Of a stretch of DNA of 64,000 nt, positions 36,886 to 51,768 are shown in pieces (within the stretch, counting starts at the first letter, position 1; each line of letters begins with the position of its first letter). The DNA comes from the human T2T-CHM13v2.0 reference genome, Homo sapiens, in NCBI RefSeq assembly GCF_009914755.1, contig NC_060938.1. The stretch is one strand, 5' to 3'. The notes beneath the pieces were generated by a model that did no database searches, was not told the DNA's origin, and was given only the letters and a program-made list of their open reading frames with translations. Both the position numbers and the translations under genes were made by a program.

Positions 36886-39370
36886 ACTGCCGGCCTGAAT
36901 TGTAGGAGAGAGACAGTGCGGGTATACCAGGAACCAAATCCTATCGGCTGAACATCAGTGTTTAAGTCGAGCCCAGATGCTCTGCACAAAATACAATGTG
37001 TCTGTGCACATGTGACTGTTAATCAGCCATTTCCTTGGTTCCTGCTTTGTGCTGGCCACTGAGCTGGACCCTGTGGGATGGATAAATCAATGTCAGTCAT
37101 GCCCCTGGAGACCTGGCTGTTGCAAAAAGGCTCCTGAAATCATCATAACCCAAAAGAGAAAAGGGCAGGTGCTGAAGAGAAGTATAGGTAAAGAGCAGCA
37201 AAATCATAAAGGAGGGGAGACTCTTTGCCTCTGTGGTATCAGGGAATGCTTCTCAGAGCGGGTGGCGTTTGCCCTGAGACTTGAAGTAGGAATTTAAAAA
37301 CATAGAAATGCAGTGGAACGGGAAGAAGGACATTCTAGGTGGAGAGAAGTAGAGCAAAATGGTCCAATCTGCCCCCCTAAGGGTGTGAGACAGAGAAGTG
37401 GATGGGAAGGCCAGGAAGGCTGTCGCCATGTGGGCCGAACATGGGGAGGGAGGTGTTTGTCAGAATCAGAATGGACTCAGAGGGAAGCTGAGCTAAAAGC
37501 TTCAATTTACAGATGAAAGAAGAAAGAATTTGGATATGTGACTCACTCAGTGTACCAAGTTCGTGGCAGAAGTAAGTCTCAAACCCCAGGCTTGCCTCCA
37601 ATTTTCTTTGCACTGATCTCCTGGCATAAACATGTGGCTAACAAGGGTCTCACAATGCCAGGAGGGTGTTACGTTTTTATAACCTGTTCTATTTGAGGGT
37701 CTCCAAAATTACATATTTGAAGTTAATATTAGCCAGATGCTAACTGTCTGCAGGCAAGAATAAGCACCCACTTTACATTGGGAGAAGCTAGAGATTTGGG
37801 AATCAGGATTTGCTGCAGATACTTTGAGGAATCTAGGCCTCTAATCCACAGTCTCCTAAATTCTGGAACTTCTGGCTTAATTACACTTTTTAATAACCAG
37901 TCATCATTGCTGCATAATTTGTGAGGTCTGGTATAGTATGATTCCTGTTCCCTTCAGCTAACCCTGCCCCCACCCCCATCCTTTAATAAACGTAAAACTT
38001 TTCTTTCCTGTGAATTCATTTTTTTCCCTTTTATCTTTTGGACCTTTGCAATTAACATATTAATATTTAATTCATATTACCTGAAGGTCCAAGAACACTT
38101 TTAAACTCATGAAAAACCTTCACTAGTAATTTAGCTGCTACCAAGGTATCCCTGAGCCCTCATTATTTGCCTCTGGAAAATGCCGTAAACGACATCTAAC
38201 AGGCTTCAGCTCTGTACCTCTACAAATAAGAAATTAAGCAGTATTCAGAACGCCATTGATTATTAATTTAAAAGAAATCAAAAATCAATATCACATTCCT
38301 GTAACCTGGCAGTTTTTCTTAACTGAAGGCAGTTGCCTGCAGAAGCCTTGTGGCTTTCCAGAGCAACGGCGCCCCTTCGTGGTGATAATGTGAACTGCAC
38401 CCCAGGCGTGATTGAAAATAAGGCAGAAAGGAATGCCGGCCTCGAGCAAGGACACCGGTTCATGCCCAAATCACTTCTGCTTTCAGCCAACAGACTGTTT
38501 CTGCCAAAAGATGGACGCAGCTAGATTTTTTTTTTTTTGTACCGATAATCTGTCTTAAAACTTGGAGAGGATCTCTTTTCCCCTGTGAAGTCAGGAAAAT
38601 GACAGCAAGCAGCATGGATTGGTTCGAATAATTTTCACCAGAAATGTGGGGTGAGGGGAAGGGATGGGACTGGAGTCAGAGCAGTGATCTGGCGGGATGG
38701 GGTGATGAGCCATACGGAGATGAGGTGTGGCGCCACGGGCTGGGAGTCAGGGATTATAGAGTGAGGGTGGGGTAGGATCTTCCTGGTCATCAAAACTATG
38801 AGAAATGTAATTATTTACATTTTAAACTAAGCCAAAGACTGTATTGAAATGTCTTACACCCAGAACAGAGAAGTGGTATCACCAAAGTTCAGAATTCCCA
38901 GCTCTAACGTGATGCCTTTGGGGACTGCCTCCCCACCCCAGGCTGACCTAACACACCCCTTTGAGAAAAGAGGATTTAGTTTCTCCTGACTGTGAATTGA
39001 ATATGTGGGATGTGCCCCTCCAGGAGCTTCTAAAATCACCTCTGCTTTGACCTTGAGGGGCCGTGGTAGAGGGGAGACAGCACCGGCTTAGAAACCCCAC
39101 GGCTCGGCTCTAGTCCCAGCATCAGTGGAGCACCAAGGGGAGAAAGTATTCATCACTGAGGTATTTTATGATATGTATATTGTTCCTGGGCAGTTGCACC
39201 CCTTATCGCCTGCACCCTGTGTACAGCTCCCCATTCCTCCTCCCTTGGAGGCCACTGTGCTATGTAACTTGCTGTGGGCTGCAAGAAAGACTGGGCTCCC
39301 GTTTCCTCTTCTGAAAGGCAGGAATCATGCTCCCGGCTGACCTCACAGAATCATTCCACAGATTAAATGG

Positions 39371-39713
39371 CGATATGGCTTGTCTGTGTTCACACTCAAA
39401 TCCACATGTTGTGGGAGGGACCTGGTGGGTGGTAATTGAATCATGCGGGCAGGTCTTTCCCATGCTGTTCTTGTGATACAGAACAAACCTCATGAGATAT
39501 GATGGTATCATAATGGGGGGAGGTTCCCCTGCACAAGCTCTCCCTTTGCCTGCTGCCATCTATGTAAGACATGACTTGCTCCTCCTTGCCTTCTGCCATG
39601 ATTGTGAGGCCTCCCCAGCCACGTGGAACTGTAAGTCCATTAAACCTCTTTCTTTTGTAAATTGCCCAGTCTTAGGTATGTCTTTATCAGCAGCATGAAA
39701 ATGGACTAATACA
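39371..39713 (+). mobile_element. THE1A/B solo LTR (MaLR)
   Basis: gatatgg...ggactaataca termini; perfect 5-bp TSD aatgg at 39366-39370 and 39714-39718. Confidence 0.93.
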
Positions 39714-40244
39714 AATGGGATGTAAAAATAAAATTCTTATATACTTAGAACGGCAATATGAGCTTTACATCTGAGTTATGCTATAATATCAATCAACATA
39801 TATAATAATATAAAGTAGTATATTTATTATAAGTTATAATAACAGAGTGAGATAGCTTAGTAATTTCTTGTTAGTATCTGCAATCTTGGGGAAAACAAAT
39901 CTAGAGAAATAAGTCCAAACTGGAGCTGCAGAGTCAAGTGGGCGAGAGAAAGAAGTCTCGCTTTTTTTGTTTTCCAGGAAAGCTCAGGTCCAGTTCAGCA
40001 GGCCAGCCCAAGAGACTGGGAGAGCCCTATGTACTCAGGAGAGCAGCCTCACCCCTCGTCCTTGTCCAAGATTGGGGAGTGGGTGCCCACAGCTTGTATG
40101 TGTCCCCATGAGAGTGGGTGTCATTATGAGGAGCATCAAAGGGCCAAGCACAGTGGTGACAGATGTGGGGGAATTTGCCATTCTGAGGGCAGAGGAGGTC
40201 AAACACAAGTGGACTCGCTTATTAAGCCCAGAAAGAGAACTGGG

Positions 40245-40455
40245 AGAGGAAGGCCAAGTGAGGATGGAGGCGGAGATCCAGGGCCCATCTGCAAGTCAAG
40301 GAGCACCGAGGATGCTCAGCAGCAGAGCCAGGAGAGGGCATGGAGCGGACTCGCTTGCAGAGCCTGTAGAAAGAACCAACTCTGCCGACACTTTGATTTT
40401 TAACTTCTGGCCTTCAGAACTGGGAGAGAATAAATTTCCATTGTTTTAACCCACA
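40245..40455 (+). mobile_element. MLT1 LTR 3' fragment
   Basis: 'aaccaactctgccgacactttgatttttaacttctggccttcagaactgggagagaataaatttccattgtttt'. Confidence 0.8.
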
Positions 40456-40864
40456 AAGGAAGAAAAAGACTATCAAGAGTAGAAGGGCCTGACAGGTGGC
40501 CACACGGCAGGTGAGTCAGAGAGTTGAGTCACGTGGGAGGTAGTTTAGAAAAGGATTTGTGAAGAGGGCCATCCCCTAGCAGCGTGTTGAATATAGTGAG
40601 GAATATGAGATGGAAAAGAATCTTTTTAGAGAACATGGGTGCCAGACATAGCCACAGACAAAGTCGTGAAATAGACAGAAATTTGTCCCATTTATGGAGA
40701 CTGTGGTTTTCCACCCATATGTCCCCCCACCCCATGTCATGTTTACCTGGCCCTCAGGCTCACGCTGATGGCCCTGGGCTGCTTTTTTCCCCTCAAAAGC
40801 TGATGTCTGGTCTCTAATTATAAGATACAAGATGAGATGGAAATAATTGTTAACAATGTATTCA

Positions 40865-41272
40865 TTCAACAATGGATTGTGTAAAAAAAAATGTGGTACA
40901 CATACACCATGGAATACTACACAGCCATGAAAAGGATAAAGTCGTATTCTTCACAGCAACAGGAATGGAGCTGGAGGCCATTATCCTAAGCAAATTAAAG
41001 CAGAGGCACAAAACTCAATACTATGTGTTCTCACTTATAAGTGGGAGCTAAACATTGGGTCCTCATGGACACGAAGATAATAGTAACTGACACTGAAGAC
41101 TACTAGAGGGGGTAGGGTGGGAGGGGGACGAGGGGTGAAAAACAACCAGCAGGTCCTTTGCTCAGTACTTGAGTGACGGGATCATTTGTCTATCAAACCT
41201 CAGCGACATGCAATTTATACATATAACAAACCTGCACATGTACCCCCGAGCCTAAAATAAAAGTCAAAACAA
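40865..41272 (+). mobile_element. L1PA13-16/L1PB-type 3' end
   Basis: 'atgtggtacacatacaccatggaatactacacagccat...aacaaacctgcacatgtacccc...aaaataaaag'. Confidence 0.88.
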
Positions 41273-42563
41273 AATATTCATTCCCAAATCATTTACTACA
41301 TACAAATCGTTAAGTCAGGATCCCTGCTGTGACACTAGGGATTATAGAAGTGTTGAAAGCTTCATTCTCATCCAGTCATTCATTCAGTGCCTGGCTGGGG
41401 TTGTGATAAGCAAAAGCAAACCCATCCCTCTCCACATGTAGCTTCCAGTCTCGTGGTGGCATTTCCTCAGAGGATGAAGCCATCCAGGTAGCATAGCAGG
41501 CATGAGGTGGTTCCAGTAAATGGAGGTGGGACAGTCTCCTTGGGCTGCCACCCTGCTTGGGGCTATTCCTGGTAGGGCCTGGAGCTCTGCCTAGAGAAGC
41601 CCACATGCCCTCTCCTGGAGTCACAAGGGCAGGCCAAGTATTCTGTCCTATTCCAGTCTTTGCTAGAATGTGTCAAGTGCTGTGGGCTTGAGTCCTTGGC
41701 AATTTTTGCATGGGACTTAGTTTGGGGGTAAGTTTTCTGGAAACTTGAAATGTTTCACTTAAAAAGAAAAATGCAGGATTCAAAGAAGTAAAGAGTAACA
41801 AATAAATAGAGGCTTTTTTAGTTCAGGGGTCAGCAAACTGAGGGCATTGCAGCTGTTCTGGAATTAATGCGTGTCCGGGCAAGGGTCAGTAATTCTGAGA
41901 TGCCGTTCTGTTGCTTTCAGGCCTTTTTTGGTGAAAACTCTTAAAGGAGGTATAATTCTTCCCTTGCTGGGAGTCTTTGTTTCAGAGGGGTTGTAAAAAA
42001 AGATTCCCAGAGGATAAATCATATCTGTATTAACTTCCTAATGAAATGAAAAATTATATCATTGCTGATTATTCCTCCTTGGCTGATATGGAAAAAAATA
42101 CTATTAATACTTTTTAGTGTGATTTTAATCCTTTGCATTCACGGATATTTGCATTAGTATTTTCTGGACATCATCTTGTTTATATGGATTTTATTCATTG
42201 TAAAATGCCATCAGATCCAGGAATCTGAGTTCTGGGGGGGCAATGCTATAATCCCTGCCCAGAACCAAAACTTTCCCTGTGCAGATGGTCTTTCAATAGA
42301 GTGGAATGTGTTTGGGGTTTCTGCATATTTCAGTTTACAAACCCTTCAGTGATGGTTGTCTTCATCCTGAGTTTGGCTCCATGCTTCAGAAGATGCAACA
42401 GTGCTGAGAACGGTGCCTGACATGCAGGAAACATTCAGTAAGTGTTTGCTGAATGAATGAATAAATTAATTCAACAACAGCTAATGAAAGCACATCCCTT
42501 AAAAAGTCTCGGCAATATTGCGAGCATAATACCAAAGGCAGAAACCATAAAAGAAAGAATTGA

Positions 42564-42896
<333 letters not shown>

Positions 42897-43889
42897 TGAA
42901 TTTCAGATAAACTGTTACATCCTTAATACTTAACGAATTCCTGTTAATCAGTATACAAATATTAGTACCCAAATAGAATAAATACCGATGGCCAATAAAT
43001 GTATTAGAAACATTTGAATCTCACTTATAAAAACATAGTTATTTTCCTAAATGGGGTATCATTTTTTCCCAATCAGATTGGCAAAAATAAACAAGAATAC
43101 AAATCCAGCCTAGCACATGTATGTACTTTCAAAGGGAGGATAATTTGGTTCAACATGTTTTGAAAGCTGGTTGTATGGTATGTTTTGAAACCTTGAAAAT
43201 GACCCAGAAATTTTCCTTCTAGAGATTTATCTTAAGGAAATTATAGGAGGCATAAAAAGTTTCACCTGCTTATTGCTTTGTGGCTTATCATTGCAAAAAG
43301 AAAATGGAAAACTACTTCTTCAGCTAAAGGAAGTGATACGCTATCGTACTAGAATATTAAAAATGAAGAAGGTAGGGAAAAGAGAAAGAGAATCTAAGCG
43401 GTAAAATTGTTTGACCTTTATTTTCTTCTTTTTGCTTAGCTATATTTTCTAAAGTTTTTGTTAAAATAAACTCTTTTAACAAAAAAATTCTAAAAACTCA
43501 TAGCTGCTTAGATGATAATATAATTATAATATTTATGTTAATTTTTGTTGCGAACGTATGTTTATGTTGAACTTACCAAGTGATCTAAGCTATATTACTA
43601 AGTTCTTTTCATAAGCCTCTGAGTTCATGTATATTAAGCCCTTAACATAATTCTTAGAGTTAAGCAGAGCAGGTGGCGTTATTCTTCCATGACCGCACTG
43701 AGACTCAGAAAAGTTACATGACTTATTCAATATCACATAATTAATAAAGAGTAAGACTGGCCACAAAGTCCAGGATGCCACACACATAGCTGAGTGCTTC
43801 TTCCTCTATCATAGAAACAAAAATCTGGATGACCATTAGGCCGTTGTTGGCCTGCAAAGGTGTAGAGCAAACTATTTTATGGTATTGAG

Positions 43890-44070
43890 AGCACTTATCT
43901 TGGCATTACTCCATCTGATTGTTTGTGTCAAGTAGGAAAGATACATTTATTATTCCCATTTTGTAGATGGAGAAGCTGAGGCTCAGAGAGGTTGAGTGAC
44001 ATTCCCAAGGTTGTACACAGTAAGTGGTAAAGTTAGGATTTAAACAGTTTTAGTCCGAATCCCTTGCTCT
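43890..44070 (-). mobile_element. MIR
   Basis: 'attcccattttgtagatggagaagctgaggctcagagaggttgagtgacattcccaaggt'. Confidence 0.8.
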
Positions 44071-44219
44071 GTCTACTTCAGTTTGGCATAATAAATTCTT
44101 AACTTCCTTAACAGTTTGTCCCATCATATTCCTAAAGTTTTATGATTTGATGAAGTCTCTCTTAAGCTCCTTTTCCACATGGGTGGCATGGGTTAGCAAG
44201 ATTTTGAGGGCTGATCTTG

Positions 44220-45005
44220 TGTGACAGATTGTATTTCCAAAGATGTCTGGAATAATATCTTGTGTCCCACATACTGTTGTGGAACTATCACCTCTCCATC
44301 CCAAAAGGTGGAACAGAAGCAACACTATGAAACTGCCAAGGCTAAATCATAAACATTCAATGCACTTCTGCCTTGCTCTCTTGGGATGTTTGTGCTTAGA
44401 ATCCAGCTGCCCTGCTGTGAGGAAGCCCAAGCAACTCTGTGGAAAGGACCACATGGAAAGGAACAGAAGTGCCCAGCTCACATCCCTGGCTGAGCTCCTG
44501 GCCATCAGCCTAATTTGCTGGCCATGTGAGTCATCTTGAAAGTACTGTAGGTTCAAGGTTTACTTTCTGAGGTTTCAGTTATCCATGGTCAACCGTGGCC
44601 CAAAAATAGGTGAATATAGCACAATAAGATATTGTAAGAGAGAGACTATATAACTTTTATTTACATAACTTTTCTTACAGTATATTGCTATGATTTTTCT
44701 CTTATTAGTTGTTGTTAATCTCTTATGACTAAGTTATAAATAAAACTTTATCATAGGTATGTATGTATAGAAAAAACATAGTATATGTAGGATTCAGTAC
44801 TATCCGCTGTTGTAGGTATCCACTGGGAGTCTTGGAACATATCCCTTGTGGATAAACAGAGACTACTGTAGATCCTCCTGCTCCTAATTAGCCTACCCTA
44901 ACTGATGTTGCATTGAGCAAAGTGAGGTGAGCCGACCAACCTCTGCCCAAATTGCAGATTTCTGTGTAAGATAAGTGATTATTCTGTTGGGGGTAGTTTG
45001 TTATA
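44220..45005 (+). mobile_element. Old MLT1 (H/G-like) LTR interrupted by MER44
   Basis: 'cctgctgtgaggaagcccaagc...gccatgtgagtcatcttgaagt' resumes as 'gatcctcctgctcc...ctctgcccaaattgcagattt'. Confidence 0.65.
44545..44868 (+). mobile_element. MER44A-like (Tigger-derived) DNA transposon
   Basis: 'ggtttcagttatccatggtcaaccgtggcccaaaaataggtg...ccactgggagtcttggaacatatccc..ggataa..gactactg'. Confidence 0.8.
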
Positions 45006-45764
45006 CTCATTTTCCCTCCTAACCCCAAATTAGGTGGCAGGGATGGAGGAGTCTTGCTTATCATCTCTCTATTTTTGTTAACTCCTCCTCGTTCAGGGTA
45101 GACTTTGGCACCTGGATCACAACCTTATTCTCCACCCCAAACCTGCCATTATCCTTGGTGACACCATTATCCATGAAGGGGACCCATTTGATATGTTAGC
45201 TTCTCAGTTCCCTGTCTTCTACCCCAAAGTCCTTCAAATTCAAAGTATCTTACTCTTTTTGTTTTAAAATTGCTTGGAGTAGTAGAGAGGACTCTAGTGG
45301 AATATACAAGCCAAAATAATCAGGAATTTTTACATGAGAGAAAGGAGGAATGTCGTGAAGGGCATCAAAAAGCAAGAAAGATGCTCATTTTCCCTTCCAA
45401 CCCCAATTTAGGTGGCAGAGGTGGGAGCAGGTGAAAAGAACAAAGGGCATTGGAAAAGACCACCTGGAAGTCAGTGAAGACCAAGCGGTAAAGGGATCCT
45501 TAGCTTAGGCAAAGGCTAGATGGGGACTTATCTCACCAATGGAGCCAGAGAACAGATGTTCCAGATGTGTGTGTGGAAGTGGGAAGAGGACTGATTAAGG
45601 AAAGAAGAAGCTCAAAGCAATATAGAGATGAGACAGAGAAATAACAGGATTCCAGAGGCACTTGGATTTTACTCACCAAGGATGAGGGGGAATTAGTTGG
45701 TCTCAACATTTCTAACGGCAAAGTTACAGGTCACCTAATACATATTTATGTATTAGTTGGATCA

Positions 45765-45840
45765 GAGGATGGATGGATGGATGAGTGGGTGGGTGGATGG
45801 TAGATGGCAGTGGATGAACAGATGAATGAATGGACAGATG
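45765..45840. repeat. Degenerate (GGAT)n/(GAAT)n tract
   Basis: Seen directly. Confidence 0.8.
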
Positions 45841-46265
45841 TGAGGATTTCTCTGTGGGAGATTCAGTTCGCCCAGGAGTGATGGTGTTTCTGAGAGAGCC
45901 CTAGCAGCATTTGTTATCTCCTAGGCTCTCTCTGAATGTTCGAAGCAGTGAGTGGCAAAGAGGAGGCTCAGCCCTCTCTGGATTGATCTGTTACTGGGGT
46001 GTACAGGCATTCAGTGCAGAGTTCTCTTCATCAATGGTCAAATAACTTCTGTTACCCACTTGTGATGGCTCCTGTAGCCTCTGGTTCGACTCCATGTAAC
46101 AACTGAAGAGCAGCCTTGCTGCAACAGATAGGAAGCAGGTCTTATCTCTGATTTGAGAATAGAAGGCCCAGTGGGTACAACCTGTAGCACTTTCAATCCT
46201 GTAGAAATATAGATAGTGATGCTGTTGGTAAAAAGGAATCCACCCTTTCCAAACTTTTTCCTAAG

Positions 46266-46718
<453 letters not shown>

Positions 46719-47179
46719 TCCATCCTGCATGGCTAGGTTTAAATTAGGCATTCTTAACTTCATATGTGGCAGGGTGAGTGGATGTTGAGGGCCCCAGGTA
46801 TATTCTTGAAAAACAAAAAGAAGTCAGTGATCAGTTAATTCATTCTAGTCTCCTGCTGAGACTGTTGTCTGGCTTATGAAGGCCAGGATTTTTGCCACCT
46901 GAGGCATTTGGAGAAGCCTATGAAGGAGAGTAGAGGAGAGGTTGGGGACAACAGAATGAAGCCAGCCAGAAAAAGAGACTGGGCATAGGGGGAATGGGAA
47001 TTTGAGGAGAAACATATCATTCATCAGAACTTAAATCTGCATTTTTAGAGAAGATATTATAATGTGCTTACGTGGCCTCCAGATGTGCACAGGTGCCATA
47101 GGATAGAAGTAGCCCAGGGAAGCCTTGTCATAGATGGGCTACATAAATAGGAAGGCTTGCAGCAGTGTTAAAAGACAGC

Positions 47180-47552
47180 TGATATGATTAGGCTTTGTGT
47201 CCCCACCCAAATCTCATCTTGGCTTATAATCCCTGTAATCCCGTTGTGACAAGGGAGAGACCAGGAGGTAACTGAATCATGGGAGCGGTTTCCTCCATGC
47301 TGTTCTCATGATAGTGAGTTCTCATGAGATCTGATGGTTTTACAAAGGGCTCTTCCCCACTTTGCTCTGCACTTCTCCTTCCTGCCGCCTTGTGAAGAAG
47401 GTACCTTGCTTCTCTTTCACCTTCTGCCACGATTGTAAGTTTCCTGAGGCCTCCGCAGCCATGCTGAACTGTGAGTCAATTAAACCTTTTTCCTTTATAA
47501 ATTAACCAGTCTCTGGCAGTTCTTTACAGCAGTATGAAAATGGACTAATACA
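47180..47552 (+). mobile_element. THE1C/D solo LTR (MaLR)
   Basis: tgatatg...ggactaataca termini; 5-bp TSD acagc / acacc. Confidence 0.92.
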
Positions 47553-48768
47553 ACACCCTCCATGCAACCTGGAGAAAATGCAAAGTACATATAGCTCTCA
47601 AACTTCAGGAAGGGGATCCATATATGCAGACAGCCATTCTTTAAAATAACCTTTCCATTCTCCCATCCACTTCGCTCACACGTGATAGATAGTCTGTATT
47701 ATCTCTTCTCTAACATCTCCACCCAAAACTAAACAAAACATTAAAACCCTCCAGTCATTATTTAACTTGCCTCTTTCTTCACCTCACTTCCAGTTTCTCC
47801 CCGATTCACATTCACAAAAGCCCAAGAATGTTATGGCTGATCAAGGACTCTCCTTTGAGGGTGGGAAGAAACTGCAGGGGTCAGGCCAGAATTCTCTTCT
47901 GCAGACAGAGGAGGGGGAAAGACAGGAAATAAGCATGCACAACGTTCACCTTTGTTGGCTGCACAACAGCTTGGGATGTGCACCCAGCCCTAGGTCTCCA
48001 GCTGAGATGTCCTCAGTTGTACTCAGCAAAATTGCCACCTTTTCTGAGTTATGAAACCCTTCTCTCCTAGAGCCCCAGTATGTTCCTGGCACCTGCAGGC
48101 TTTTGGGTTTTGGTTTTGGGGTTTTTTTCTGTGTGTTGTTGTTGTTGTGTTTCTTCACCAGGGCATGAGTAGACAGATCCTATGCAGGCACTTTCTTTGT
48201 GATCTTCAGGATCATTTGTTTTATCTTGCCTCCCAAATGCTGATCACCCATGGGCATGCTTCTTGAGGGTTGCAACCATGGCTTTAAAACCCAGAACAGC
48301 TGGTGTCTGTGGTCTGCAGGGCCCAGAAAATATTATTTAATCCAGGAAACATTCCTTTGTTCTGCTCTGCTTCATTCAGACCTCTCCTGGGTCTTTTCCT
48401 TCCCCTGCTGGCTATCGATTTCCATCCAACTGAAGGGGTGAAGTTCAGAAGCCCAGGAGACAGCCTGAATAATGGGTATGCAAGTGTTGCATCACACATG
48501 CAGCAAACATTTATTAAGCATGTATACTATACAGGGCTGCAAAAGTCCATATGTACTAGGATCTTACAGTACACTTGGAAACAACAAGGAATCTGGGTAT
48601 GAGGATTCTTTAGGTGGACCAGATGCCTGCTCTGTGTAGCAGCAGAACTCTTCAATATGGACTGTAACCACCTGCTCCAAAATCACCCTGGGGAATTGTG
48701 AAAAAAATGCAGACTTCAAGGCTCATCCTATACTTGATGAGATAGGGCCCTGAAATCTGCTATCTTAA

Positions 48769-49122
<354 letters not shown>

Positions 49123-50723
49123 TAGCTCTTAGAATCTCATCCTCCTACTTTCCAAGGTCCCTGCACCCATCACCAGGCCCCCAAGGGATATGGACAGGGA
49201 GAGCCCTCTGGCCAAATTCTCGCTGGATCTCCCAGTGGCCGTTCAGCTTGGACCGCCTTTTCTCCTCTTATTCCAGTGATAGTCCAGGATATCTTTTTGC
49301 CTTTTTTCCCTTAAGACTTCCCTGGTCTTGGTATTTGGGATTTTCTCATTTTGAATCTGGGGGTGAAGAGGGGAATTTAGGGGATATTGGTCACTTGTCT
49401 TCTGTGTCCAAATGTGAGTGTCTTGCTTTGGATTAGGAAACCCCTAACTAATGAATGTTGTTAGGGGCTAAGACCACTCCAACAGTAGAAGCTAGAAATC
49501 TTAGATACTACCTTGCCCATCTCTGGGTGCAGCCAGGACACTGAATGTGATTCAGGCTCTGCTGATTAGATGTGTCCCTGTTAGACATTGACATAGACCC
49601 CAGGAGCCAGGGTTATAAGGGACAGGAGTCCTTTGTCCTCTGGCAAGGGTAATTTCCTCCTCAGAACCAGTCCTGGGCTATGTTGATGGGCGTGGCCCAG
49701 TTGCCTTGTACCAAGTCAGTTTTCTAGTCCTGACTAGAAATTGTTAGTTCTGGCAGCTAACAATTCTACATGATCCAAAAAAGTGAGGGATATCATTTAA
49801 GGAGGGAGGGAGACAGCCTCTGCCTTGGTGTCTCACCTTCCAGGAGTAAAGACGTGTCCCAAGTAATGGGTAGCTCCATGCACAAGAGAAGAGACAGTGG
49901 AGAAGATAAGACATGCAAGAGGAAGGATCATGGAAGAGAGACCCAGAACATTTGCTTAACCAGATCTATTTATAAGTTTTAGTCCTTAATCAGAAAGCAA
50001 TGTATCTTTCTTAGAACAGTAACCTCATAATGCATTCCTGAGGAGCCCAGTTAGTCCTTGCTCCTGTCCATCCCACCTCCTTCAGGCGGTAGAACAGAAG
50101 AAGGGTCTTCATCTCACCCCAGCTAAAGCATCTCTGCTTCCAGAAAGTGTGGATGAGTGGGAGCCATAAACCTGGGAAATAAGCCACATGCTACCCTTTT
50201 GGTTGTTGTTTATTTTAACAAAATTCTATGACCCCAGGACCATGTTTCTAAGAGTAGCCACTTGAAGCAGAAGGAAATATTTAGTCAAATTCTACAATCA
50301 CAGCCAAATACAGTCTAATGGCAGCCAGCAGACACTGTGGAAAGAGAGTGTCACACACCATTCTAATGTGGGGAGTAAGGATGATGAAGAATCAGTCATA
50401 GGTCCCTGTTGTAGCTCCGTCTGGGGAGTGGAACTCATAGGGTATAAGTGATTATTTCCTATTCATTTCCTTAGCCCTGAACCGTCCAATGACCACACGC
50501 AACTTGACTGGCAAGAGGTGTTTAGAATGTTGAGACACGGTCAGAAATGATTGGTGGTTTCATGTGATGCAAAGAATTTCCCATACTCCGCCTGTTTTCT
50601 GGATCACCTGTCCCCAGAAATTGCCTGAAAACAAATCACAGGTTGAAACTAGAAATAACTTCCCTCTCCTAGGCAGCTTGGAGACTGGCCACCCTGTTTC
50701 TTGGTTTGGTAAGAATGTTCCAG

Positions 50724-50945
50724 ACACAAGGAGGGGAGCAACACACACTGGGGCCTGTCGGGGGTTGGGGTATGGGGAGGGAGAGCATTAGGAAAAATAA
50801 CTAATGCATGCTGGGCTTAATACCTAGGTGATGGGTTGATAGGTGCAGCAAACCACCATGGCACACATTTACCTAAGTAACGAAACTGCACATCCTGCAC
50901 ATGTTACCCCAGAACTTAAAATGAAAATAAAAATTAAAAAAAAAA
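50724..50945 (+). mobile_element. Short 5'-truncated L1PA (3' UTR only)
   Basis: 'ggggagcaacacacactggggcctgtcggggg...ccccagaacttaaaa' plus poly(A); TSD aagaatgttccaga / aagaataatccaga. Confidence 0.9.
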
Positions 50946-51139
50946 GAATAATCCAGAAAGTCAAGAAAAGCCTAACTAAAAAAGTCTTTTTAGGCAAGAG
51001 AGCATCGTAAGTAGGATGTAGAGGAAGCTCCCCTGCTTAAAACCTGTTAATGGTCTTCTGTAGCTTTCAAATTCTAGCTCCTCTTGCCTCCACGACTCAA
51101 CTCCCCAGCCCTCCTTCCGAGTGTACAAGATGACTCACC

Positions 51140-51372
51140 CTGAGTCCAGAGCCAAACTCTCGGTTTGCATCCCAGCTCTTTGCCACTTACTACAGACCAT
51201 GTGACCTTGGGCAAGTCACCTAACCTCTCTCTGCCTCACTTTCTTAATCTGAAAAGGGGGGGATGATGACCACCCGTTTCATCAGGTTGCTGTGCATACA
51301 AATGGGCGAATATGTGTAAACTGCTGAGAACAGTGCCTAGCAAATAGTAAGCCCTATGTAAATGTTTGCTGA
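51140..51372 (+). mobile_element. MIR
   Basis: 'tgtgaccttgggcaagtcacctaacctctctctgcctcactttcttaatctgaaaa'. Confidence 0.85.
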
Positions 51373-51478
51373 TGTTGTGTTCCATGATTCCGTGGCTTTG
51401 AAGATGCTGCTCTCTCATCCTGCAATGCCACCTTACCTTACCTAGCAAATTCCAACGTGTCCGTTAACATTCAGCTCA

Positions 51479-51768
<290 letters not shown>

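Noticed and set aside
39967-40449. 160-aa ORF as a coding exon
   Set aside because: Non-ATG start and the 3' half is MLT1 LTR sequence
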